A stretch of 44,250 nt of DNA from an uncultured Oscillospiraceae bacterium (GTDB lineage: Bacteria; Bacillota; Clostridia; Christensenellales; CAG-138). Every line of letters begins with the position of its first letter. The stretch's first letter is position 1. Both the position numbers and the translations under genes were made by a program. Under the pieces are notes generated by a model. That model did not search any database. It worked only from the letters and a program-made list of their open reading frames with translations, and was not told where the DNA came from. Where the stretch lies: the NCBI GenBank assembly GCA_964408655.1, contig CAYPAH010000001.1, forward strand, positions 1-44,250. Direction: 5' to 3'. This document shows, in pieces, positions 18,532 through 25,969 of the stretch.

Positions 18532-18888
18532 TTACTGGTGTACCCCGCGCCCCTTCAGGGGCATGTTCCTTCTGTTATAATCGGCGGCAAAGGCGGAAAA
18601 TGCCGAGTTGAAGCGCAGCATGGCGTTCGTATATCTTTCGAACTCCCCGTCATGCATGTGTATCATCGCCGCAAGATAGTCGGCATAAAGCCCCGTATAG
18701 GGCGCGGAGGCAAGCAGCTCGCTCTCATTTGAATATCCCCGCGGCTCCTCCGGCGCGTTTTCATGCCACATGAGCAGCTCGCGGTATATCATGCCGTCCA
18801 GCTCAAGAAGCCATCTGAGCTTCAGCTCCGCCTCATATACATTAGGCAAAAGCGCGTCGGTCAGCGCTATGGCCTCAAGCGCTTTCAT
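18532..18888 (-). CDS. Phage protein, possible head-tail adaptor
   Basis: 118 aa, helical. Its start overlaps the stop of the preceding gene by 1 nt (18888). Function is guessed from position only. Confidence 0.4.
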   Translation of the reverse strand: MKALEAIALTDALLPNVYEAELKLRWLLELDGMIYRELLMWHENAPEEPRGYSNESELLASAPYTGLYADYLAAMIHMHDGEFERYTNAMLRFNSAFSAFAADYNRRNMPLKGRGVHQ

Positions 18889-19172
18889 CAGGCGAACCTC
18901 GCTTCCCCGCTCAAGCGGGAAACAAGCCTTGCGGCCTTTTCATCCTGCTTTTCGGAAGCCTTTATCACCTGCGCTATAGCATAGGGCATCTCTACCTCTA
19001 CGCCGCGCTGAATGTGAAACCTTCTGCCGTTCACGCTGGCAAAAACATCGCCCTTATATTTGCCGTTATCCTTGAAAAGCTTCATCGTCACCGTTTCCGC
19101 GCGTCCCGCGCGAAGCGCGGCCACCATTTCAAGATAAGCCTGCTCGGGACTGAGCTCATTCTGCTTTGTCAT
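18888..19172 (-). CDS. Phage protein of unknown function (downstream of capsid gene)
   Basis: 94-aa ORF, 68 nt after the capsid gene stop. No family recognised. Confidence 0.5.
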   Translation of the reverse strand: MTKQNELSPEQAYLEMVAALRAGRAETVTMKLFKDNGKYKGDVFASVNGRRFHIQRGVEVEMPYAIAQVIKASEKQDEKAARLVSRLSGEARFA

Positions 19173-19240
19173 ATATATTCGCTCCTTTTTTCATTTTTCG
19201 GATATCGCGAAGGGGAAAGCTTCCCCTTCGCCTTTTTTTA

Positions 19241-20527
19241 TCAGTTGGCGATGGCCGTAGCGGAATATGAGCAGCCGCTTTCAACGCGCACCATATACTC
19301 TTCCACAAGCCGCTCGCTGCACTTGCTTGCCTTCCAGCCAACGGTGCTGCGCTGGTCAAGAGGATCGGCCGTGCCCGAGCTGCCCTGCTGCTTGATGATA
19401 GTGGTGAGCCCGCCGCCGCTGAGCTCGGTCTTGCCATAGGCGTTCGCGCCGAGCATAAGGCTTACGAAGACGGCGCTGCCGTCCGCGCCCGCGCCGCCGC
19501 CGCATATCACCGCGTCCGCGCTCACGCTCTTTACAGCCGCGCTTACCGTCAAACTTGCGCTGCCCGCGCTGCCTGCGGTGACGGAACTGAGCGTCGCCTG
19601 CTTGCCGCCCACATAAATAGCCGCGCCATCGCCGATCGCGGCGTTTGCGGCCTCCGCCTCCGCGGCGCTTATAGCCTCTTTGACGGCGATCGTGGTAGAG
19701 CCGCTTGAATCAAGCGCGGTCTTTAAGGTAAGGCGGCACTTGCCCGGCACTATGTCGGCGGGAGCGATGATCTTAGCCTCGGTGGTCTCAACGAAGCGAA
19801 CTCCGCCAAGCTTGCCGATCTCGCCGCGATAAATGTTATCGGGATGATATTTATGCAGCTCTATCCACTCTTCGCTGCGCATCAGGTCATATGCCACATA
19901 AGGATGCACGATGCAAACAAAGCTGTCGTCAACGGGCTTTGCGTTCATCGCCTTTAGCTGAGCCGCCGCGCGGAAGACCATATCGGGGCTGAGCTTGCAG
20001 TTTGCGCCTATCTCGCTGCGGTCGGTGACCTCGCTTTCGGTATTTCCGCTGACATAGGGAGCGTACATTACCTGAGTGCCGCCGCAGAGCACCTCGCGGG
20101 TGATGGTGTCGAGCGTTCGTCCTGCCTGACTTGCGAGTATCTTGGTGCTCTGCTCTACCACGGGATCGATGCTGGTAAGGTCGAGCATGTCGCTAAGCTC
20201 AACAAAATCGCCGTATTGATCGACAGAAGCCGTGACGCTTTCAACGTTGAGCTTGTTGCCCGCGGGGGTAACGCCCTCGGTAATGGGAGTAAGCGCCTTG
20301 CCAAGCGGAGAGAACTTGCGAAACTCTATGCTTTTTCCGCCATGCGGAGGAATGGGATAGCAGTCTCCGAACTGATCGTGAACAAGATCGGGCTCGGCAT
20401 AATCGATCAGCCTTTTTTCATAATAGGTCTTGGCCTCTGCCTCGGTGCTGTTGCCTTCCGCGCTCATTCCGGTGGTCTGGGTGGCTGCAAAAAGCTGAAG
20501 ATCTATCTTATCGTTGTTTTCCTTCAT
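19241..20527 (-). CDS. Major capsid protein (HK97 fold; resembles N4-gp56/TIGR04387-type)
   Basis: 428 aa. N-terminal pattern YYEKRLIDYAEPDLVHDQFGDCYPIPPHGGKSIEFRKFSPL...LTPITEGVTP recalls the N4-gp56 capsid family (from memory). Lies directly after the scaffold gene. Contains an Ala/Gly/Ser-rich insertion around aa 270-350. Confidence 0.8.
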   Translation of the reverse strand: MKENNDKIDLQLFAATQTTGMSAEGNSTEAEAKTYYEKRLIDYAEPDLVHDQFGDCYPIPPHGGKSIEFRKFSPLGKALTPITEGVTPAGNKLNVESVTASVDQYGDFVELSDMLDLTSIDPVVEQSTKILASQAGRTLDTITREVLCGGTQVMYAPYVSGNTESEVTDRSEIGANCKLSPDMVFRAAAQLKAMNAKPVDDSFVCIVHPYVAYDLMRSEEWIELHKYHPDNIYRGEIGKLGGVRFVETTEAKIIAPADIVPGKCRLTLKTALDSSGSTTIAVKEAISAAEAEAANAAIGDGAAIYVGGKQATLSSVTAGSAGSASLTVSAAVKSVSADAVICGGGAGADGSAVFVSLMLGANAYGKTELSGGGLTTIIKQQGSSGTADPLDQRSTVGWKASKCSERLVEEYMVRVESGCSYSATAIAN

Positions 20528-20549
20528 TGCATGTTTCCTTTCTTTACGC

Positions 20550-20999
20550 TTAAATATTGATGCTGTGTTTCTTGCCCTTTAGCGCCTCGCGCCCAATGCG
20601 CTCGCGCTCTTCGCGGCTCCATTCGCTGGGCGTTTTTTCGCGTATGGTGGCTGCCGCGCGTCCGCCAGTGCCGTTTTCGGCGGGACGCGAGCCTCGCGTT
20701 TCAATATCTCTTAGCACCCGCTCGCGCACTCCCTGCGCCACCTCGTTGATAAGCTTTCCCGTGAGCTCGTCCCTGTGGGCAAACTCATAGGCCGATCTCA
20801 TGTCTATGCCCGCGCGCATCAGCTTTGCGAAAAGAGGGTCTTTCATCTCGTTTTTCAGCTCGAATCCGGCGTAAACGCCCTTGAGACGCGCCTCCTCTTC
20901 TTTTATCGCCGCCGCCCGCAGCTCCAGCGCGCTGCCGCTGCCGTCAGGCGCTTTGCCCTCGCCCGTCTCTATGGCTTTTGCCGTTTTCTTTTCGTTCAT
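20550..20999 (-). CDS. Putative scaffolding protein
   Basis: 149 aa from ATG 20999 (AAGGAGAAGG RBS). Charged, helical, and immediately upstream of the capsid gene. No separate prohead protease gene is present. Confidence 0.6.
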   Translation of the reverse strand: MNEKKTAKAIETGEGKAPDGSGSALELRAAAIKEEEARLKGVYAGFELKNEMKDPLFAKLMRAGIDMRSAYEFAHRDELTGKLINEVAQGVRERVLRDIETRGSRPAENGTGGRAAATIREKTPSEWSREERERIGREALKGKKHSINI

Positions 21000-21042
21000 A
21001 CTGGCCTTCTCCTTTTTCCAAAATAGCTTTCGCATCTTTTCC

Positions 21043-21357
21043 TCAGCTTTCTACCGATATCGAATCGGGGTAACGCTCGGCCAAAAGGCTCATCCCGCTC
21101 GTCACGGTGTCCACCGCCGCCGAAAGATAATCCTCATAGCCGCCTGCCGCCTCCGCGTCGATAGAAAGATAGTCCTCGTCGCTGCAAATGCGGCAGCTTC
21201 TTAGACAGCCGTTTTGCAGCTTTTCATCCATCACCGAAAGCAGCATTTCGGACATGAGCTTTACATATTGCTCTTCCTCGGCGCCCGTTTCTCCCGCTTC
21301 GCTGGTCATGGTGATGATATATCTGTCATAACAGCGGTCAACTACATAATTCGTCAT
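21043..21357 (-). CDS. Acidic phage protein of unknown function
   Basis: 104-aa ORF whose start overlaps the portal stop by 4 nt. No family recognised. Confidence 0.5.
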   Translation of the reverse strand: MTNYVVDRCYDRYIITMTSEAGETGAEEEQYVKLMSEMLLSVMDEKLQNGCLRSCRICSDEDYLSIDAEAAGGYEDYLSAAVDTVTSGMSLLAERYPDSISVES

Positions 21358-23114
21358 TGCATTTTCACCTCCGCGCCCTCACGGGCTTTTTGTGTGGCTC
21401 CGCCCCGCATGGCGGAATAAATGGCTTCGTCGCGTCCCTTCGGGGCGCTCTTTTCGCTTCCTTCAAGGGCGGGCAGCAGCGTTTCGGCTTTTTTAAGCAG
21501 CTCCGCGTTTTCCTTAAGCGCTCTAAGCGCCTGCTCCTTGCCCTCAAACTCCATAAGCTCCATAGCCTGCACGGCCTGCTTTACGCGCGCGGGGTCGAAA
21601 AGGCCGAGCTTATAAAGATTCATCGCAAATTCGTTTTGCGAAATGCGGCTGTATGCGCCCGCCTTCGCCGCCTTCACACGCACATCGAACACCGGCTCGC
21701 GATAGGTAAGCAGTCCCGCCGTGTTTTCTTCATGCAGTCGGATATCCGCGTTCGTATAGCTGGTGAATTCCTCCGCGCCATTTTTGCCCGTTATGCGGAA
21801 ACAGCGCGGGCTGTCGTAAAACTGCCTTATCAGCTCGATTATCAAATAACAGACCCGCGCATAGGCACGGTAAGCCCCCTTTATCATGTCGCGGGAAAGC
21901 TTGCTGCCCGCCTCCTGCAGGGCGGCTATTGCCGAGGCCGCCGTGACCCCGCTCGCGGCTCCGCCCTGATTGAAGTCGCGGTTACCGCTGGTCTCTTTAA
22001 GCTCTTCTATCTTGTTGTTGAGTATTGAAATATATATGTCCGGAAGCGTTCTTACCTCGACCTGCGAAAGATTGTCGCGCGGGTTCCCGCTGCCGTGATA
22101 GTGAACGAAGTCGCGGCTCCAGTCGGCATACTCCTCTTCGTTTATGCTTCCGTCTCCCCTTACGAACCAGCGCGGCCTCGCGGCCATCAGCGCGTTTTTG
22201 AGTATCGCCTGATTCAAAAGGTCTATCTGCATCTGCGGACTTTTGCAAATATCCACATATCCATATCCCACGGGCGAGCCCTCCTCGGGAAACAGAGTGT
22301 CGAACACGAAGGGATATCTGGCGTGGTCATAAAAGCCCCTCTCGCGCATTTCGGGCAGATTTTCCGTGGCATAGAGCACCTCGCCGCAGGCAAGCTTAGC
22401 ATATTGCAGCACCGTGCGCGTTCCGCGTTTTTGCTTATAATACCAGTCGACCACGGGTATCTTGCCGCTTATGTCTATCGTGTCGTCATAAACATACTGC
22501 GTTACATCCACAGTTCTTCCGCCAAGCTGAAGCTCTGGAAAACGCGCGCGCAGATATTCCGCGTCCACAAGCTCCACAGAGAAAAAGTTGGCGGAGGACT
22601 GTATATCCCTTACTCCCGGCTCCCAAAAGAGATTGAGAAGATCAAGCTGGCGAATATCTATCTCGCCAAGGCCGTTGTTCTTTTCCGGATTCCAGAATAC
22701 TCCCGTGATGCCCGTGCCGTTTTTGAGCTTGTACCACCACATGTCACTGTAAGCCTGCTCATAATCGTTCTGCTCGAGCAAAACGGGCAATATGCTTCCA
22801 AGAGCTTCGGCGGCGGCGCTGTCGTTCTGCTCGCGCGGCAGCACCAGGGGCTCGGGATAATGATCCATTGCGTCGGCGTGCTTTCCGGCTATGCAGTTTT
22901 GCAGCCATGCCGAGGCCGGCTCCGCCTCCCTTTCGCCCTTGCCGCGTATCTGCTCCCAGTGTCTCAGACGCCACCAGCCCTCGTTGGCGACTATCCGCTT
23001 TTCAAGGCCGGCCTTGCCCGCCTTGTACTTTTTGAGTATTTCGAGCGCCTCCGCCGCCTGCTCCCGTCCTATCGGCCTTTTGCCCGCTTGTTCACTTTGC
23101 TCCATGCTCTTCAT
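21354..23114 (-). CDS. Portal protein
   Basis: 586 aa, 13 nt downstream of the terminase gene. Size and position are typical of portals. No search was done. Confidence 0.75.
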   Translation of the reverse strand: MKSMEQSEQAGKRPIGREQAAEALEILKKYKAGKAGLEKRIVANEGWWRLRHWEQIRGKGEREAEPASAWLQNCIAGKHADAMDHYPEPLVLPREQNDSAAAEALGSILPVLLEQNDYEQAYSDMWWYKLKNGTGITGVFWNPEKNNGLGEIDIRQLDLLNLFWEPGVRDIQSSANFFSVELVDAEYLRARFPELQLGGRTVDVTQYVYDDTIDISGKIPVVDWYYKQKRGTRTVLQYAKLACGEVLYATENLPEMRERGFYDHARYPFVFDTLFPEEGSPVGYGYVDICKSPQMQIDLLNQAILKNALMAARPRWFVRGDGSINEEEYADWSRDFVHYHGSGNPRDNLSQVEVRTLPDIYISILNNKIEELKETSGNRDFNQGGAASGVTAASAIAALQEAGSKLSRDMIKGAYRAYARVCYLIIELIRQFYDSPRCFRITGKNGAEEFTSYTNADIRLHEENTAGLLTYREPVFDVRVKAAKAGAYSRISQNEFAMNLYKLGLFDPARVKQAVQAMELMEFEGKEQALRALKENAELLKKAETLLPALEGSEKSAPKGRDEAIYSAMRGGATQKAREGAEVKMQ

Positions 23115-23127
23115 CCTTTCTGCGTAT

Positions 23128-24480
23128 TTATATATCCAGTGCCGCGCATATTCCCGCCTTCGCCGGCGCGCCGCAGCGCGGGGCGATAGGTCTTGCCATG
23201 CAAAGATAGCGCAGCTCGTCCGCTATGTGATCCTCGCCCGTCGTGTCAAGATCCTCCGGATCGGTCTTTGAAAATACCAGCGTGGGCAGCGTGCGTATAA
23301 AGCCCGCGCAGCTTGAAAAGCAATAAAGCATCGGAATGCCGTTTTCGTCGAAGGCGAGGCGATAATGCACCTGCATCCAGCCGGGTATGCGCGAGTTGTC
23401 GCCCCTGTCAAAATAAACTCCGCAGGCGGCGGCCTCATCCGCTATCGATATCCCGCGGCTCGCGTCCCATATCGAAGGATCGGCCACGCCGATCACGCGC
23501 TTTCCTTTCAGATAGGGATGCTCTTTTTCCAGGCGGGCGATCTCCCTGAATATCTTATCCGGCGGCCATTTCAGCCCCGTGTTCGGGCTTTCCGTGCAGC
23601 CGTAAAGCTCAAGTATCCTATAGATCCGGCCGTCGTAATCCACCGCCCACCACGCGCATGAAAAGGGACGGGCATAGCCAAAGTCGAAGCTTCTGTATAT
23701 CTGCCACGCAGAGGGCGGCTCAAAGGGAGCTATCACATGCGTCCACTGCCTGTCGCGGTAATGCTCGGGAGCGTCGGTGAATTCAGCAAAAAACTGTCCC
23801 TCAAAAACGTCCCAGTCGCCATAGCGGTGCGCCCGCCTCAGCTTTTCGGGCAGGGCGTCCAAAACCGCCACATAGCCCGGGTCATATTTTAAAAGGAATT
23901 CGTTATCGTCCACCGTGGCCGGAATAAAGGCATAGTCCTGAGCGGCCTCGCCGGGCGTGAACCTTCTTTTTACAAATAAACGGCGGAACCATTCATGCTT
24001 CACTCCGCCGGGGTTGCCCGTAAAATACATACGGGCTGAAAAATCGGGGCGGACGCTTCTGTTGCAGGTCATAAGAAACTGCACCTGCGTCCATGTGAAA
24101 TGCGTGCATTCCTCAATGCCGATAACGTCGTATTCCTGCCCCTGATATTGAAAAACGTCCGTTTCGCTCTCGCAATAGCCAAGGCGTATGCGGCTTTGGT
24201 TGGCAAAGCGAAAGGCTTTTTCCGTGCTGTTATAAACAGCCGCGCCGCCAAGTATTTTTTGCAGCGGCAAAAGATGGTTTTCTCTAAGCTCCGGCAGCGT
24301 GCGGCGCAGCAGCAGAAGGTTGAGTCTAGGATAGCGCAAAGCCAGGAGGACGAGCTTCGTTCGCATAGCCCAGCTCTTTCCGCCGCCGCGCGCCCCGCCG
24401 TAGCCGATATAGCGGGCGCGGCTTTCAAAAAACCGCGCCTGCTTTGGATTGGGTGATCCAAGGGAAATAACACTTACCAT
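23128..24480 (-). CDS. Terminase large subunit
   Basis: 450 aa. Walker A (GYGGARGGGKS), Walker B (YDVIGIEE) and C-terminal RNaseH-like nuclease acidic residues (SFDFGY; GEDHIADELRY). Confidence 0.92.
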   Translation of the reverse strand: MVSVISLGSPNPKQARFFESRARYIGYGGARGGGKSWAMRTKLVLLALRYPRLNLLLLRRTLPELRENHLLPLQKILGGAAVYNSTEKAFRFANQSRIRLGYCESETDVFQYQGQEYDVIGIEECTHFTWTQVQFLMTCNRSVRPDFSARMYFTGNPGGVKHEWFRRLFVKRRFTPGEAAQDYAFIPATVDDNEFLLKYDPGYVAVLDALPEKLRRAHRYGDWDVFEGQFFAEFTDAPEHYRDRQWTHVIAPFEPPSAWQIYRSFDFGYARPFSCAWWAVDYDGRIYRILELYGCTESPNTGLKWPPDKIFREIARLEKEHPYLKGKRVIGVADPSIWDASRGISIADEAAACGVYFDRGDNSRIPGWMQVHYRLAFDENGIPMLYCFSSCAGFIRTLPTLVFSKTDPEDLDTTGEDHIADELRYLCMARPIAPRCGAPAKAGICAALDI

Positions 24481-24540
24481 AAAGAAGAACCTCGCTAGAA
24501 CTTACGTTCTTTGCGTATATTACCATAGAACAAAAGTTTT

Positions 24541-24563
24541 GTGGTACAGAAAATGGTACTCTG
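24541..24563. repeat. Copy A of a 23-nt motif (GTGGTACAGAAAATGGTACTCTG) upstream of the terminase gene
   Basis: 18/23 identical to copy B, including an identical 14-nt core AAAATGGTACTCTG. Contains GGTAC twice, 11 nt apart. Confidence 0.7.
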
Positions 24564-24581
24564 TGAAATATATTATTTGTT

Positions 24582-24854
24582 CTATTCGCTCCAGTCCTTC
24601 CCCCTCTCGTCGGAAAATATCACCATCAGCTCATTAGCGCTCTCGCACTCTCTAAGCTCCTTTATCTGCTGCAATACCGACACCACCTCTTTAAGCGGCT
24701 TCGGGTCGGGTTTTCCCCCATTCTCCTTGCCTTTTTCCTCTATCAGCTCGCTCTCGATATACTCGAAAAGCCTTGCTCCGGGCTTTAACGAGCGCGATAA
24801 AAGCTGTTCCATCTCGGAAAAAGCGTCCTCATTTTTCGGTTTTTTCGTCTCCAT
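24582..24854 (-). CDS. Small acidic protein in the small-terminase position (function unknown)
   Basis: 90 aa from ATG 24854, which is preceded by AAGGAGAGGGAG. The ORF track start at 24881 lacks an RBS. No HTH or TerS motif recognised. Confidence 0.6.
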   Translation of the reverse strand: METKKPKNEDAFSEMEQLLSRSLKPGARLFEYIESELIEEKGKENGGKPDPKPLKEVVSVLQQIKELRECESANELMVIFSDERGKDWSE

Positions 24855-24917
24855 ATCTCCCTCTCCTTTCGCGTGAACCATTGTTCTGTTAACAGCATAT
24901 ACTCTTTTGTTTTTTTC

Positions 24918-24940
24918 GTGGGGACAAAAATGGTACTCTG
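24918..24940. repeat. Copy B of the 23-nt motif (GTGGGGACAAAAATGGTACTCTG) in the divergent control region
   Basis: Same orientation as copy A and 377 nt away. Lies upstream of the small acidic ORF and overlaps a possible minus-strand -35 (TTGTCC). Confidence 0.7.
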
Positions 24941-24992
24941 CTTCGCGATTTTTCGCGAATATGCAAAAAAGCCCCTCTCTCCCTCCGGCGGA

Positions 24993-25021
24993 TTGCGAAG
25001 GGCAAAACGAGGTGCTATACT
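24993..25021 (+). promoter_or_regulatory. Sigma-A-type promoter for the AAA+/VWA operon
   Basis: TTGCGA (24993-24998), 17-nt spacer ending in TGc, then TATACT (25016-25021). It lies about 35 nt upstream of the GGGAGG RBS and TTG start. Confidence 0.5.
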
Positions 25022-25056
25022 AATCGATAAATAAAAACCGCGGGAGGAAAACGAAC

Positions 25057-25968
25057 TTGCTGCAATTTCTAAGAAGCGAAGGCGTCAGCGAAAACATAAT
25101 AAACGAGATAGAGCGCTTCAGGCAGGAGCATCCTCCCGAAGAAGCTCTGACCTACCGCATACCTAAGCCGAAGTATCATTATTACGGCAAAGAGATCTGG
25201 GAGGCCGCCGTTACGGCCATACTCTGCGGCGAGCATCTTTTGCTGCTCGGCCCCAAGGCGACGGGCAAAAACGTGCTGGCCGAAAATCTCGCCGCCGCCT
25301 TCAACAGACCCGCATGGGACATTTCATTTTATATAAATACCGACGCGGCTTCGCTTATCGGAACTGACAGCTTTGAAAACGGCAAAGTCACTCTGCGCCA
25401 CGGCCCCGTTTACCGCTGCGCGGAGCACGGCGGTTTTGGCGTGCTTGACGAGATAAACATGGCTAAGAACGAATCTCTGGCCGTGCTGCATTCCACTCTC
25501 GATTTTCGCCGCGTTATCGACGTTCCGGGTTACGATAGAATAGTGCTGAACAGCGCCACCCGCTTTATCGCGACCATGAATTACGGCTATGCCGGCACAA
25601 GGGAGCTCAACGAGGCGCTTGCTTCGCGCTTTGTGGTCATCAATATGCCCTCTATCAGCCCGGAAAATCTGCAAAAGCTGCTGCGGCGGGAGTTTCCTTC
25701 ACTAAAAGAAGGCTATATCACGCAATTCAGCGAGCTTTTCACGGATATACGCGAAAAATGCGAAAGCGCGGAAATATCCACAAAAGCGCTGGACCTGCGC
25801 GGGCTTCTCGCCTCCCTGCGCCTTATGGAAAAGGGGCTTGCGCCGATAGAGGCTTTGCGTCTTGGCATCGTGAACAAATCCTTCGACCAGTTTGAAATGC
25901 AGCTCGTTGAGGATGTGATAAGGGCGCGCATACCGGAAAATCTATATCACGATAAACTTTTTGATTAA
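25057..25968 (+). CDS. MoxR/NorQ/CbbQ-class AAA+ ATPase (AAA_5-like) with atypical P-loop
   Basis: 303 aa, TTG start with GGGAGG 9 nt upstream. Walker A is GPKATGKN (Asn where Ser/Thr is expected). Also Walker B FGVLDEINMA, sensor-1 IATMN, and an Arg-finger region ALASRF. Confidence 0.8.
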   Translation: MLQFLRSEGVSENIINEIERFRQEHPPEEALTYRIPKPKYHYYGKEIWEAAVTAILCGEHLLLLGPKATGKNVLAENLAAAFNRPAWDISFYINTDAASLIGTDSFENGKVTLRHGPVYRCAEHGGFGVLDEINMAKNESLAVLHSTLDFRRVIDVPGYDRIVLNSATRFIATMNYGYAGTRELNEALASRFVVINMPSISPENLQKLLRREFPSLKEGYITQFSELFTDIREKCESAEISTKALDLRGLLASLRLMEKGLAPIEALRLGIVNKSFDQFEMQLVEDVIRARIPENLYHDKLFD

Positions 25969-25969
25969 A

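Larger units (their letters stand above)
13205..24881 (-). mobile_element. Phage-like head/tail/lysis gene cluster without recognisable integrase, repressor or replication genes (defective prophage or GTA-like element)
   Basis: 15 co-directional, tightly packed ORFs in P22-like morphogenesis order (TerL, portal, scaffold, capsid, small connectors, large tail proteins, fibre) followed by a lysis cassette. Housekeeping genes flank both sides. Confidence 0.75.

Noticed and set aside
24942-24960. TTCGCGA(AT) repeats: two copies at 24942-24960 and one at 27726-27735, apparently bracketing the AAA+/VWA pair like cassette boundaries
   Set aside because: The match is only 10 nt and built around the self-palindrome TTCGCGAA. 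The right-hand copy is plausibly just the loop or inner stem of a terminator hairpin. I cannot compute significance, so I did not call it an att or cassette repeat.
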